NCBI GenBank assembly: GCA_964016885.1
Contig: OZ024745.1
Coordinates: 66,464,001-66,528,000 of the forward strand
Reading direction: 5' to 3'
Length of the DNA: 64,000 nucleotides
From: Eledone cirrhosa
Lineage: Eukaryota
Of this stretch, positions 48,705 through 63,454 are shown in pieces. Below the pieces are notes generated by a model. The model had not been told where the DNA came from, ran no database searches, and worked only from the letters and a program-made list of their open reading frames with translations. Position 1 is the stretch's first letter; each line of letters begins with the position of its first letter. Position numbers and translations under genes: made by a program.

Positions 48705-51700
48705 TATATATACGCAAACTGGTTGTCTGCTCTATAAAAAGCTTGGCCACTTCAGTGTACATAGTACTCATTTCTGTGGCTTTTTAAAGAGCTGTCCACA
48801 GAAATTGCATATAAATTGTATATAGGTTTTGGTCCAGTTTGAACTGCTTATATTGTCTTGATGAACATTGAAACAACTTTTAGACCTCCTCGAAATTTGC
48901 AGGTTTTTTTGGCATAAGTGGCATTGATAAGAAAGACCTGGGTGATTTGTTTTATAGTCAGCAGAAAGGGCACTATTGTTAGCTCATTCTGAGATTGAAA
49001 TCCAGCCACTAACAGACAGATTCTGCAACAAATGTTTCAAGTAGAAAAAATTCCATCAAGTTCATATTTCATTACTATCTGTTTTCATCTTATATACCCC
49101 TTAATATTTACTTGCATTAACCTATTTTGCTCAAAGGTTTTCACTTTATCGCATTTTTTTGAACGCGAACTAGAAGGATTGACTGTGAGACTTTCCAAGT
49201 TTCTAGGGTCAATTCCCACATTTTTTTAGTTTACTTTAAATTCATCCTTGAATATAATATATATGTATGAAGCAAAACAATGTATTGCCAAGGATATATA
49301 CTGTGCTGTGCATATAATCATTTTAGTTGAAATCATTGAGAAAGTGCATGTTTATAGTTAAAACCATCAAAACCACATCTCAATTTTGATTATATATTCA
49401 TATTTGTCCATACAATGTTTGATGCTCTGGTTTACATTGTTATATTCTTAAGCAATAGTTGTAACATGTAATTTGTTTATTAGCTTGAAAAGAATAAAGG
49501 CAATGTTAAACTCTGTGGAATTGACAAATCACTTAGGAAAAGTGCTCACATAATATATCGGATACTTATTTCCAATACATTGAACAGCACATTGTGAATT
49601 GCCTATCCTATATTACTGCAACCATAGCAACACACTTTTAATAATGTTTCAATTTCAATAAAACACCTAAAACATTTACACAGTTCTCTAAATAACCCAT
49701 AAGGTTTTCCACATAGAACAAGGACTACTTTGACAAAAATAGCCCAATGCTCCACAACCAGTTGGATGAGATAAGAGCTGTTATCTAAGAATACTTGCTC
49801 AGGCAACTTCTTTGGATAAGACAGTTGATTTCCGTCTTCTTTCCTGCAACCTACAACATAGGTTTTGTGATATTACGAACATATGTTTTACAAGCATGCC
49901 AAAGAATATCCAGCCATCTACAGACCCTGGTGGGTACAGAGGGGGTTCTGTGGTTCTGATTCTGGTGAATAATACTTTGCAGCAAGTCCATAGACTCTTG
50001 TGAATTATAGATGAATGTCATTTCTCAAATAATCATTAATTAAAAATTATAATTAATCATAGTTTATATTTTTCTTTAGATATTTTAACTTAATTGGAGA
50101 TGAATATCATTGATTTAAGTTGAATACTATATATTTCACTTAATATTATTTAACTTAGATTAGAGGAAATATAATGTAACTAATGTGACGTCCATTTGTG
50201 CTAACTGAAACAAGGGACATCACCTGAAATGAATTCTTATCCCAGTTAAATAAGTGTTTCACTAAATGAAACTTACTATTTGTTATGATTGTACCTTTAT
50301 AGACACAACATAGCTATAATATTTGGGAGACATGACAAGTGATTCCCGATGTATATATATAAACTATTTAATTAGGTAATCAGATTAGCTCCTCATGATC
50401 ACTAAATAAAAGAGAAACAAAGAAATTTCACTATAGAAATTTCATTATAAAATCTATATTTTTTCTCATTCTATTGTCTGCTGAAAGAGCATCTGGGATA
50501 TTAAAATTTTCTTCCACCTATATCAAGATTGAAACTGATAAACCACTATTGCATTGTTCTCCCATGGTTTTCCTTATAAATGTTTCTTATATATAATATA
50601 TATATATTTATATGTCACTCTTAAGAAACTACTCTCACCATCACCGTGTAGCCCCGCTCTAGCCAGGAAAATCCAACCCTTTCACCCATTCATAACCCTG
50701 TCAAACTACATCTTTTACGTCCATATTTCTTTAATATTTATTAGGGTTTACAATTGCAAATTTAATCCAAAATCTAAGATGTTAGTAAGCACAACCACAT
50801 TTATTCTAGCTTTCAGTATTTTATATCTAATTATTTGGTAAAGTGATACAAGACAAAATTTAAAAGTTATAAAATACCTACCTATCAATTGATAGCTTAG
50901 GATAGGCCTATTTTAAAATAATACCTTTCCAGGCAGGCTTCCTTTAAAAACATTGTTATATCAACAGATTTGATTAAAACTATACCCTATAATAGGAAAA
51001 CAATTATACTTCTGGCACTTCTAACAGGATTTTCTCTTGCATAATGCATCCATATTTTGAAATAAAATTTTAATCATTTATTCCTGTGTTTGCTTATTAA
51101 ACTACGTCTAATTAACGTCTAAACAATGTTAGTGTTTTTGATTTTACTTAAAACATACATTATCACATGTTTAAAGGGATGTGAACATGTTGATGTTAAT
51201 TTCTATATACTTGTGGAGCCCTGCAATACCATTTGGAGACCTAAGGAGTCTGAGGACCCCAACTAAAATTTTGGTTTAAAAGTTAATTTTCTTAAAAGTA
51301 TTTATTGTTATTGAGCTGTATGTTAGCACTGTTTAAGTAGACTGAGGATAAAATGTATCTTAATCAAGACATTATCTGGTGTGTCCTTTTTTCACAATGA
51401 TAGAGTACGATTTGAAGAAAAATGTGTTGCTCTTTGTAACAAATCAAATGACTACAAAAAGGTTCCCTCATTGGTTTGTAAGATAAATATTTTTATTTAA
51501 ACCCAGGTAATCCTCATAAAGCATTGTAATTATACTCTTTTCTAGCAGTGAACAACATAATTAGGCTTTGGTTTTTAAGTGTGATTTGTTGAGATTTGGC
51601 TGCTATTTTCAGCAGGTTTGTGTGACTATATAGAAGCTTCCTTGTTGGCTCATGGATATATTTCATTTAATGTTGAAGGGCTCATATATGAAGTTAAGAA

Positions 51701-53248
51701 ATATTGTACATGTCAATGCATAATCGTGCATTTATGCAATAGTATTCTGTGTACAGCATGGCTAATATGTAAACTTTTAGTTTCACAATCATGAAGCTCT
51801 GACTTTGATTCCATTGTCTGAATCTATCGCTATAACAATCTTTTACTGATTCAAACCTTTTGGGTGAAATTACCTAGATGTTTTGTAACTATAATTTAAC
51901 GGTCCATACTTGTCACTTTGTCATTCTGGCTCTACTCGAGGGTTACATTCAATATACATATGTTTGTGGAATACTGAGCTAATTTAATTGATCAACATTT
52001 TCAAAATTGACGGAGATCCATGATTTATTTTTTTGTTTATATTTCTTTAATATAAACAATCATTTTAAAACTAGTAAATATTGACAATATTTGGCTCAAT
52101 TGTTTAACTTCAGACAAGCCATGTCATGGTAGAGCAGAGGTCTGGTAAATGGTATTCAAGTTGTGACTATACCCTCAATTGTGTGTATGAAATCTAGTCT
52201 TCATTTGAGAGTAAATAGGCTTCTATTTCTAACTAGTTGATTTTGACATGCTAGCAGGGAAGAATGGACGTAAAACGGTGATGATGATGATGTATTAAAT
52301 AATCATCAAAGTAAATTAGTTGTCAATTTATCTTTTTAACAATATTTCACAAGTACTTGAGCTTCTTCTGGAAACCATTGTAGTATCAATTAGATATTCA
52401 TAGCAATTCTGTTATGCATAAATAAATCTGCTAGTCACAGATGTGGCTATGCTTGATAAGTTTGTTTCACAACTACATGATTCTACATCTGATATAATCA
52501 ACTGCACTTTAAGCACATCATCTTGTGAGTGCAATTTATATATGTGTATATATAAACATAAGGGTTTAGCTGTTTAAAGAAAGGTAGTACAAAGCAGATT
52601 AAATTTGTTTGTTCTTGAGTTTTTTATTTGGGTTTACTGTAGAGAAAACGTGTATGCAAACAAGCTCCAAACACTTCAAAGATTAGCACATTGGACCAGT
52701 TACATAGAAAATTGCTGAGAAAAGCGTTTGCCTTTGTGAAGTTGAAGACGAAAGGAATTTCTGAGATATTACATTCTCCAATTAATGTATATACACATGA
52801 AGGTAAATTTTCATAACCTTTCTATTATAAAGGTTATACTAATTTTAAAATTAAAACATACTTTTGAATTATCCTGTATATTTAGTTTAACCTATCTTGT
52901 AACAATAATCAAATTAAATCAAATTAAAAAGTATATAAATAATTAATAATTTAAGAGAGATAGAAATAGAAATAGAAAAATATTGACACAATAATGGTAA
53001 TGCTGTCTTCCAGCAAGAGATGGAAATATAGTTTTACAAATCCTTTAACATCTAGAAACTAAACTAAACCCCTGGTGCATCAATAATCTCAATTACTTGT
53101 TATACAATCACTGTTAAAAGAATATATCTAGTATCAGTTTCCTACAGCCTCTGTCTACATATTCAACACAGAGATTTCAGGCTACGATTCATTTTCTTTA
53201 ATTCAAATCTTGTCAAACTGACTTCAAGTCAATATTTTACAGCCCCAA

Positions 53249-53468
53249 GGGTGGTAGATTGGCAGAATCAGTGGAGCGTTGCACAACATGCTGTATGGCA
53301 AAGAGTTATGTCCCTTTATGATCAGAGTTCAAATCCTGCTGATTTTAATTTGCCTTTTCTCCTTATGGCCTCAATAAAATAAAGTACCAGTAATGCACTG
53401 AGGTCGATTTAATCAAATTTCCCCTTCCCCCAAATTGTTTCCCTTGTGCCTAAATCAGAAACCAATAT
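53249..53468 (+). mobile_element. SINE family A, diverged
   Basis: Head, GAGTTCAAATCC, core and tail. Confidence 0.78.
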
Positions 53469-54470
53469 TTTACAGCCCCAGCATGTAAACCAAATTTTTC
53501 ATTAAATTGATAATAAAATTGAAAACAAAGATTGAATTCCCTATTGATGTAATCTTTGACAACAGTTTTTGATTTGCTTCTGATTGTTCTGACATTTATC
53601 ATGCCATATTTACTTCTGTAGAATTCACAGTTCATCGATAGTCACCAGACATTTGATACTATTATTGGTTACAGTCTTTAAATAATCAGTTAGTTTTGAT
53701 ATTTATAATGATAGAGAATTTGGAGTTTGTTTTGATTAATTTACGAATCTACGGGATGAGGTAGGCTTTGGTAAAATTTTCTAAAAATATTTATCGATTG
53801 TAAAATTCATTGGACTTTTGTTCAAACAGTGGTAAATCAAATTAGTGATGTTTTAAAATAATTGATGAAAGAGAATCATGTTATTCACAAAAAAATTTAT
53901 GACAACATAAATGATAAATATGCTTATGATAAAACAAGAATCTAAAAAAAAAAATGATTTCTGCTAAATGAGAGTAAACAAAAATAGTGCCTTTGATTGG
54001 ATTTTATTCAACCAATTACTTTTAGATGTTATAGAGAGCTTCAAGGGATTCAGACCATTTTATTGATTACTGAATATAAATTAACAGAATAAATGGACAG
54101 ACGAATAGGTAAATGAGATTTGAACTAGTTTCATATTCTGGGCATTTGCAAAAACGTAAAAAATCTGAATAGAATGAAAATACATAGGAACCTAATATAA
54201 TGGAATTTGATTTTTCTTAAACTAAATTCAATAGAATATGGTGATAAAAGGGATATTAACTATCAAACAAATATTTTCAATAATCATCTAATTAGTTTTT
54301 TTTATAGCTTCCAAAGATTCTATGCTTTGGCAAATTATAAGAGAACTGACTACCTATTACCTAAAGAAATATTGATGGATTACTTGAAATGAAAATATGT
54401 CATCATGGAAAAGTATAGGTATTGAGGGTGCAACATGATCAATAGATACGTGTTGTTATCTCATCTTTAA

Positions 54471-54612
54471 GCGGTGAATTAGCAAAGTCATTAAGACGTT
54501 GGATAGAATGCTTTATGGTATTCGTCACACCTCATTGTACGCTCTGAGTTCAAATCCCGTCATGGTCAACTTTGCCTTTCATCCTTTTGAAGTCAGTAAA
54601 AAAAGTACCAGT
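54471..54612 (+). mobile_element. SINE family A relative, diverged
   Basis: GAGTTCAAATCCCG...CTTTGCCTTTCATCCTTTTGAAGTC...AGTACCAGT. Confidence 0.7.
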
Positions 54613-55012
54613 CCAGTAGGGGTAGATTCTTCTGGGCTGTGTTCAGATCTGGAGAGGGTTGGGCTCTGCCAGGTTTAAAAATACCATAGAAACACCCTAT
54701 GACAGTGCTTCTACGACTACACAAGGAGTTATGGGATCTTTATCCTTATCCTTTATTCTTGCAAACTGAAGGACCTACATTTTCTCTCCCATTAACCAAT
54801 TGCCTTTTGAACTTTTTAGATTGATTGTGTTTTACTGTTAGAATAATTACTTTTGCATTTTATACACATATGAAATATATATTTTGTGTGAAAAATGGTT
54901 TGATTCAGAATAATAAATATATATTATTTCTTAATATAGAACACATTAAAGTAAATTGCATAGTTCTGGAAGGATTTATGTAGCATTACTACAGAAAATA
55001 ATGATAATAATA

Positions 55013-55200
55013 ATTGTTTCTACTTTAGGCACAAGGCCAGCAATTACCCAGTGCATTACTGGTACTTTATTTTATCGACCCCGTAAGGATGAAAGGCAAA
55101 GTTAACCTCGGCGGGATTTGAACTCAGATCGTAAAGGGACGTAACTATGCTGGAAAGCATGGCGTCTGACCCTCTACCGATACTGCCAATCCACCGCCCT
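55013..55200 (-). mobile_element. SINE family A, young copy
   Basis: Near-identical to the reverse complement of 19222-19412 and 33761-33947. Confidence 0.9.
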
Positions 55201-55203
55201 TTA

Positions 55204-57078
55204 ATGATAATAATAATGATTTCATTTATTAGCCACAGGGGCCGACATGTAGGGGACAATACAAAGACAGGGACAGTGAGGGTTTACAATAAGGTCAAGT
55301 AAAAGTGCACAATGGCAAGACTAATTTAACAATGAAGATATAAAAATATAAAATAAACTATGCATAAATATAACAAAATAAATTCCCCGATAGGTGGTGG
55401 ACGACTCTGGGGTGACTCGGGTACCCCACCAATCCTGAACAACCCTGCGCTTCTAGGGCACCCAGGGAGAGCACCGCTCTCCTCAAGTTAGCTACCCTAT
55501 AGGCGCATGGTCAGAGTAGGCCCATTCACACGAGCCATTCTTGCGACATTCATCCACCTTTTAGCAAATGTACTGGGGGGCAGCACTTCTCTCTCCACCT
55601 TCACCTTCCTTTCCAGGTGAAACTTGTAGAAGTTGATGAGGGATTGGCCGAAGAGAAAAGTGTCTGTCTTCAGTCCTTTTAATCTGGTCCACCATATAAC
55701 CTCTTTCACAACTGCCACCAGACAGATGAAAATTTCCTGCTCTTCCTGACCTAAGGAAGGCGGCGAGTCGATCTTCACTATGGACTCAGCCAATAGCCGG
55801 ATTCATTCCACACGCGACAGTAGCTGTTCGACATAACTCCACAAGTCAGTAATGCGAGCAGAACGGTTTCGTCGTTCTGTGCGCATCGTGGGCAGGTCTG
55901 TCTGACAGCACTTCCGTGTCTGTAGAGTTTATCCCTAAGAGGCAGTGCCCCCCGGTAGCACTTCCAAGCGAGGGATTTCTGGAAATTGTCCATCGTCCTC
56001 AGCTCAAAAGTCCTCATGTACAGACTGGTCAGTTCGACTTCGTCGAGGCCCAAAGCTTCTCCAAGTGCGTCATCGCGCATGCCCACCACTAATCCTCTGT
56101 AGAACCCAAGAGTGGAAGTTCCACTGATCGCATTGCCCACTTGGTAGAGGGCAGTGAGTGTCTGGCAACATTCCAGGTGCCAGTCACCCAGTCTCGGTTT
56201 CTTCTTGACCCAGAACTGCAGCTCAATCAAAGAAATGAGGTGCGGAAAGGCTAGTCTGATAAATGGCGACCACACCTGTTCACCATTTAAGCAGAATATC
56301 TGGAGATGTCGCAGCCTCAACGCATGTCTGCGCATCATTAGCCACGGCATGCCCAGCCCTCCGCGTAGAGGGTGCTGGCAGCAGATGGACCGCCTCACAA
56401 ACGGAACTTGTCCCCTCCACAAGAATTTGAAGAGGAGCCATTCCAACTTTACGAGGTGCAGATGGGGCAAGGCACAACGGTCAGGCGGTAGTAGATGACA
56501 GACGCAATGTACGCATTCGCCACCTCCGTGTGACCTTTGAGTGATAGCTTCCTCCCAGCCTATTTTTGGATGAGACTGGCTACTCTGCTCGTTACCTCAT
56601 CCCAATTCTTTTCCACCTGAAGGTCTGGTCCGAACCAAACCCCGAGCAACTTTACCGGTCCGTCCATCCAGCGCCCCCACGATGCTGTTGGACGGCATAG
56701 GCTTGCCTCTCCAGGTTCCGAGCTGCAAGCCCAACGACTTTTCCGGGTTAAGTTTGGCTCCTGTCAACCTTTCATATTCCTTCAATAAGGTGCCAACCAC
56801 CTCAATTTCTGAGGTGTTCGACACCATCACGGTGATGTCATCCACATAAGCCAGCACTGCCTTTCCACATCCCGGTTCGAGCGGGATGTCCTGCAACAGC
56901 TCCAGCTTCTGCAGTAAAGGGGCGAGAGTCAATACATACAGAAGGGAAGAGAGAGGGCACTCTCGACGGACCAATCGGGTGAGCCGAAATGGTTCCGAGA
57001 GGTGGCCATTAACCTTGACCACCAAGCGGGTGCCGCTGTGCATTGCAGCGATCTAGCTTCTGAAGACAGGGCCGAAGA
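55204..57078 (-). mobile_element. L1/Tx1-type LINE, 5'-truncated and degenerate (RT and C-terminal Cys motif)
   Basis: VKVNGHLSEPF...VRRECPLSSLLY (QGCPLSPLL motif), YVDDIT, LFKFLWRG...RGGLGMP, CPRCAQNDETV. Confidence 0.88.
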
Positions 57079-57145
57079 TAATAATAATAATAATAATAAT
57101 AATAAAGCCTAATATCTTTCTTTCAGATGTTATTTATTCCAGCAT

Positions 57146-60077
57146 TCAGACCGAAGCAGACAATGATCTGAATGCTGGAATAAATAAAATCTGGAACAAA
57201 GATACGGCCATTGAGGAAATGAATGCTGACGGGATAGGCCAAGATTCTGTTGATATTCTGAACTTAGTGGTAGATGAAATGAGCAATGATAGTGGAAAGC
57301 TTATGAACCTAAGATTTGCAGACAGGAAAAAGTTAAAAGAAACAACAATTAAGGTAAACAAGGTCATCCCATACCTTGAGGCAAGGAACCTTCACCAATG
57401 TAACAATATCCTCAAAGCAACTGCAAATGTGGTGAAAAAATTACTTGGTATAAAAAAACAAGAAAGATCAGAACCTTGGTGGAAGAAACGACCGAATGGT
57501 CAAATCAAGGAAATGAGAAAAGACATTGGAAAGCTTGAGTCTTTACTGAATGGGACATTACAAAACATAGACACTAAAAATAGATTGAAAATAAAATACA
57601 AAACTAGGGGAAAAGAGCTAAATGTTATCATAGAGAAACTGAAGCAACGTATTGAAGCAAAAAGTGCAAATATTAAGCAGTATGAGAACAGAGTTAGTCA
57701 GTATAGACAGAACTTCATTGTTTGACAACAACCAGATGTTGTTTGAACAGCTTGAATGGAAAGAAAGGGGTAACAACGTGATCCCTGAGGCTGAACAGAA
57801 TAAGACATTCTGGAGAGGAATATGGGAGCAGGATGTTGAACATAATAGTCAGGCAGTGTGGATTGAGTCAGTTCAAAAGGAGATTAATGAACAAGCACAC
57901 TAACAACTTGATTTGAGTATCACAGTTGAAACTCTTAAAGGGCAGGCCAAAAAACTAACCAACTGGAAATCACTAGGCCCAGATGGTGTGCAAGGATATT
58001 GGATAAAAGATATAACATCCCTCCACCCAAAACTAACTGCCATGTTCAATGACTGCTTGATGTTGGGCGAAGTACCAGAGTGGTTGACAAAAGGTACCAC
58101 AGTTCTGATAATTATCATTATAATGAAAGACCGAATCAAGGGTAATGATGTTACCAACTATAGACCTATCACATGTCTGTCCATAATGTGGAAACTGTTA
58201 ACAAGCATTGTGTCTGAGGAAATCTACTATCAACTCCACATAAACAACTTGTTACCAGACGAACAGAAATGATGCGGTAAGAAGTCCCGTGGTACAAAAG
58301 ACCAATTACTTATTGATAAGATGGTAATGAGGAATTACAAGAGGAGGCATATTGGTCTTGCCATGGGATGGATAGATTACAAAAAGGCATTTGACATGGT
58401 ACCTCATTCTTGGATAACCAAGAGCTCTTCAAGGTGGCAGACAACATCAGACAGCTATTAAGTAAAAGTATGAAGTCCTGGGAAACAGAGCTAACATCAG
58501 GTGGAGAATCCTTGGGAGGCGTTAAGATCAAGAGAGGTATCTTCCAGGGAGATAGTTTGTCCTTACCCTCATACCCTTGTCCGTCATATTGTGAAAAGTG
58601 AGAGCAGGATACAAGCTGGGAAGAGGAGAGCTTACCACCAACCACCACCTATTCATGGATGATCTTAAACTCTTTGGGAAGAGTGAGAAGGAGTTGGATG
58701 TACTTGTTGACACTGTCCGTATTTTCAGCAATGATATATGTATGGAATTTCCTGTTAATAAGTGTGGAGTCCTAGTGATGAAGAGGGGTAAATTGAGCAG
58801 AAGCAACGGAATCCAGGTACCAACAGGTGAGATGATAAAGGAAATTGACACTGAAGAGGGATACAAATAGTTAGGTGTTCTGGAGGCAGATGACATCAAG
58901 AACAAAAAAATGAAGGAATTGATAAGATCTGAATACATAAGGAGAGTAAGGAACATACTAAAATCACATCTAAATAGTAGGAATGTCATAAGTGCAGTAA
59001 ATTCCCAAGCTGTGTCTATTATTAGGTACAGTGCGAGAATTCTGAAATGGAATGTTGCTGAATAAAAAGAAATGGATCTACAACATGTTCCACAAGAGGA
59101 GTGATGTCGATAGACTCTACTTAAAGAGATCTGAAGGTGAAATAGGTCTTATCAGCATAGAGGACTGTGTTCAGATGGAGAAAAACAGTCTGTACAAATA
59201 TATAGCTGACAGTAGGGAGCCAATGCTCATAATTGTACTGAATGAGAAGACAATAGATCAGGGGATGTCCAAGGAAGAAATAACAAGGAGGAATAGCAAC
59301 CATCATGAAAAATCCCTTCATAGCACCTTCTTTAAGAAAACGGAATTCAAAGATCCACAGACATGGAACTTGTTAAACAGTGGAGACCTTAAAAAAGCTA
59401 CAGAAGGAATGCTAATGGCTGCGCAAGAGCAAACTCTCAGAACGAAATGGGTGAAACACCATATTGACAAGGAGAAGGCTAGCTCACTGTGTAGGATCTG
59501 TGGAGAGAGAGAAGACTGTGGTTCACATTGTATCTGAGTGTAAACACCTAGCCCAGACTCACTATAAAGGCTGGAGACATGATTGTGATAGGCAGGGTGA
59601 TCCACTGGCACCTATGCAAACTAAACAATTTACCGCATAAGCCAGAGTCGGTGATAGAAAGTGATCAACTGAAGGTGCTATGGGATTTTAGGATACAGAT
59701 GGACAAGAAATTAGAACACAACAGGCCTGTAGATGTAGTGTGCCCATTTGACATGAGAGTGCAAGAAAAGGAGAGGGAGAAAATTAACTAATACCAGGAT
59801 TTAAAGTGGGAGTTAAAAAGGAATTGGAACTGCCATGAGATCAAGGTCGTCCCGATTGTCATAGGTGCACTGGGTACTATCTCAAAGAGTTTCCAAGGAT
59901 GGTTAAAGAAGATTAGTCCAGCCCCGTCTTTTGGAACATTTCAAAAGGCATGCTTACTGGAAACAGCAAGAACCTTCCAATACGTCCTAATGTCTTAGGC
60001 TGCAGGTAGTGGCTTGATATTCATTTCAACAAACTTTCCAGTTAAATAACATCAATGACTGAGACTCAAAGAACAAT
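57146..60077 (+). mobile_element. R4/Dong-type LINE, same family as 34000-37527, 5'-truncated and more decayed
   Basis: MNADGIGQDSVDILNLVVDE..., NYRPITCL, LFMDDLKLF, CRICGERE; many stops; (AAT)n at 57079-57104 and 60078-60112. Confidence 0.93.
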
Positions 60078-60399
60078 AATAATAATAATAATAATAACAA
60101 CAATAATAATAATTGTTTCTACTTTTGGCACAAGGCCAGCAATATTGGTGAAACAGAAGATGATGAAACAGAACCATGATCTTATACATTTCAGCCATCA
60201 CCATCCTGGCATATTCTATATCTAGGACTACATTATCCAAAGCTTCCTTCTTTCTTTTAGAAATGTTGGGTATGTTTAGAGGAAATGTGGCTGCTATTAC
60301 TAGTGGATTGAAGGACCATGTAGAAAATCACATTGGCTAGAAATCAGAAAAGTAAAAATTTGTGTGTTTAACATGCAGTGAAGGTGCGTAACATGCAGT

Positions 60400-60700
60400 G
60401 AAGGCTGGCAATCATAAATTTGAGAGTTTGAATCTCGGACTTTGTGATGTGTTGTGTCCTTGAGCAAGACACCTTATTTCATGTTGCTCTCGTTTACTCA
60501 GCTGTAGAAATGAGTTGCAATATTACTGGTGCCAAGCTGTATCAGCCATTGCCTTTCAACGTTGGTGGTGTGGAGAAGGGAAACTGGTATACATAGGCAA
60601 CTCCTGGTCTTCCACAAACAACTCTACCCAGAATTGTGCCTCAGAGGGGAATTTCTAGGTGAAAATCACATTGTCATTCTTGACAGAAAGGGGACTTTAC
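60400..60700 (+). mobile_element. CORE-like SINE, diverged
   Basis: GAGTTTGAATCTC B-box-like, TGTGTCCTTGAGCAAGACACCTTATTTC...TTTACTCAGCTGTAGAAATGAG, as in family B. Confidence 0.6.
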
Positions 60701-61789
60701 CTTTTTAGTATGCAGCTTCAGAGATTGTAAATATTATTGGAATAGATATGGAGGAAAAGAAGGCTGCAATATAGCATCTATCTTCAGAATACATATTTTC
60801 AAGTATGTTGTGTTATGTATTCCATGAAATGAAGAACAGTGAGCTTGATATTATTGTTGTTATTGTTGTTGTTGTTTAATGTCAGATCAACTCAAATCAA
60901 ACAGATCTATGCTCAAAGGTCTTCAGTCTTGACAATCCCAAACACAATGTAATTACATTATGAAATGTATTCTTTTTAATATGGCTGGGTTTGATTTGAA
61001 ACTGCTATTTCCAGTAGCTTGAAAAATATACAGACAACCCCTTCCTTTGCTAGTAATGTTGATATAATATAGTAAGAGAAGTGCCATTCTGACTGAGAAG
61101 CATGCAGTGAAGTATGGAATATATAGTATACAAGTAAGTCCTTTATGTTTGGAATTGTTGATAGGAAATAGCCGAGGTCTTTAAAATAGATATGTTTCCT
61201 TTCATTTGAATCCTTTTAAAAAGTTTTTTACCTAGCAGCAGAGATAGTTAGATGTCAATTGACATGTGTATAGTTAGATGTCTATTGACATGTTATATTT
61301 AAAATGTAAACAACTGAAAAACAAATGCATACATATGAACATACAGTTGGGCATGCATACTATATTTCATTTTGACTAGTTTCCCATAATGGTGATAAAC
61401 ACATAAGCACAAAGGAAACCAACCAACTCAAGTATTGTTTCATCATGAGAAAACAGGTTGGTTCCTTAGCTTAACAAGATATTGGTGAAATTGTTAGAGG
61501 ATTCATTGATTTTTGTATGGTTAATGTACGTTTTGAATAGCCTAGAGTTAGTAAAGGATGATATGTAATGTAGAACTAGTAAAGAAGAGAGCATATGGTT
61601 TGTTGCAATGTGGAGGTTTTTGAAATCAGAGAAAACAATTAAGTTCAGAGGATCATATTTTATAATTGGTTATAACAATAAACCACAGATGATTTTGATG
61701 TATGATGTGATATAAAATGAACAAACCACAACTAAGAAAAAAATTATAAAACAATCAATGATATTCTGACATTATTATTTTATGATGAA

Positions 61790-62087
61790 TTGGTGAATTA
61801 GCAGTATCGGTAGAGGGTCGGATATGCTTTCCAGTTACGTCCCTTTACGATCTGAGTTCAATTTCCGCTGAGATTAACTTTGCCTTTCATCCTTACGGGG
61901 TCGATAAAATAGAGTACCAGTAATGTACTGGTATAATTGCCAAAAAGTAGAAACAATTATTTTATGATCTGAGTTCAAATCCCGTCGAGGTTAACTTTGC
62001 TTTTCATCCTTACGGGGTCAATAAAATGAAGTACCAGTAATGTACTGGGTAATTGCTGGCCTTGTGCCAAAAGTAGAAACAATTATT
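61790..62087 (+). mobile_element. SINE family A followed by a tandem partial second copy
   Basis: Core occurs twice (~61845-61960 and ~61963-62087). Confidence 0.82.
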
Positions 62088-63454
62088 TACATGAATGCTG
62101 CTCTGAACGTATTTTCCCTGTTATGTGACGAAAATATATATGTACCAACAGTAAACCTAACAGATAATGATATTAACAAAATAATAATACAAAATATGAA
62201 AAATCATAAATTTCTCGTGCTAATAAGTTATCCTTTCAATTCCTGGTGATGTAAATTGTCAGATAAGAAACTCTATTTCAAATCAGTTTTTCTGAAGTTT
62301 TTGTAATGTTTATCTTCTTCCTCATGGCTCCTTCTAAAGTCATTGAACAATTTTAAGTAGATTGATTTATTATCTAACTGACTATTCTGCCAATAAACTT
62401 GTTTCTAAATAGTTTTCTCTGAAATGCTAACAATGATCTTTTAAAGTATTGTTCTCATATATCTAAACTTCTAAATCACTGAACAAAAATAGTAAAGCTG
62501 TTTATCGTTATCAAACAATCCATTTACATCTACTGTAGACACAAAAGTTTTGAAGATCACCCTTACATGAAGATAAATTCTGTCTTTGTTTACTTATATT
62601 TATTTGGGTCACAAAGACAAATTGAAAACTGAATGTAATAAGTCAACAAGAAAAACATACAAAGAAGTGCAGCTAAGATCAATGTTATCTTCATCTTAGC
62701 TAACCTAACCACCAAATGTTATTAATAATACAACGTTTGCAGCTTATATTTCACAATAATATATAGAGGTGAACTACCAAGCACAGATTTTCATTACTTT
62801 CCTATGATTTTATCTTTACATTGCAAACATTTTTGAAAATTCTTTGTATACCATTAATGGAAATAGCCATGACTATGTAATTTTAACTTTTCCAAATTAT
62901 CAGTTTTGATGCTTTAAACTTCAGAATCTATTATGTGGTAAATATAAGATCACATTCTACTTATAAAATATGTGGAATAATATTAAAAAACACTAATTAA
63001 AAAAAAAAAATTATGGACATGGCAGATACCAATATATATGTTAGCAAGTTAAAGTAATAATTTTACATATCAAACTGAACATAATCAAGGAAAATGGTAG
63101 AGATGGCTTCACCTTCTTCATAAGTGATTTATAACTAAAATATAGTTATAACAATAGTATATAAATTTAACTTTGTAATCCCAAAACAAAAACACTCCTA
63201 TTATGAACACCATTTTTATATTTGCACAATTCCTCAAGATGAAAATATAACTAGCTTGTGTATATTAACATATAAACAGAACCATGGCTGTGGGGTTGAG
63301 AATTTTGTTTCTTAAGCACATGGTTTTAATCACACTGCATGGTACACTGGGCCAGTGTTTTATGCTGTACCATCAGGTTAATTAATACATTATGGGCAAA
63401 TTTGAGTAAAGAAAATTTGTGCACAAGCATAAAATTCTCATTGTATATATATAT

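Noticed and set aside
49600-50010. Slightly GC-richer stretch with short ORFs
   Set aside because: No recognisable domain or consistent splice signals in the frames examined
53520-53635. MINVRTIRSKSKTVVKDYIN resembling a CR1/L2 endonuclease N-terminus; also a possible CR1-like 3' piece at ~4780-4860
   Set aside because: Too short and decayed to support without a database search
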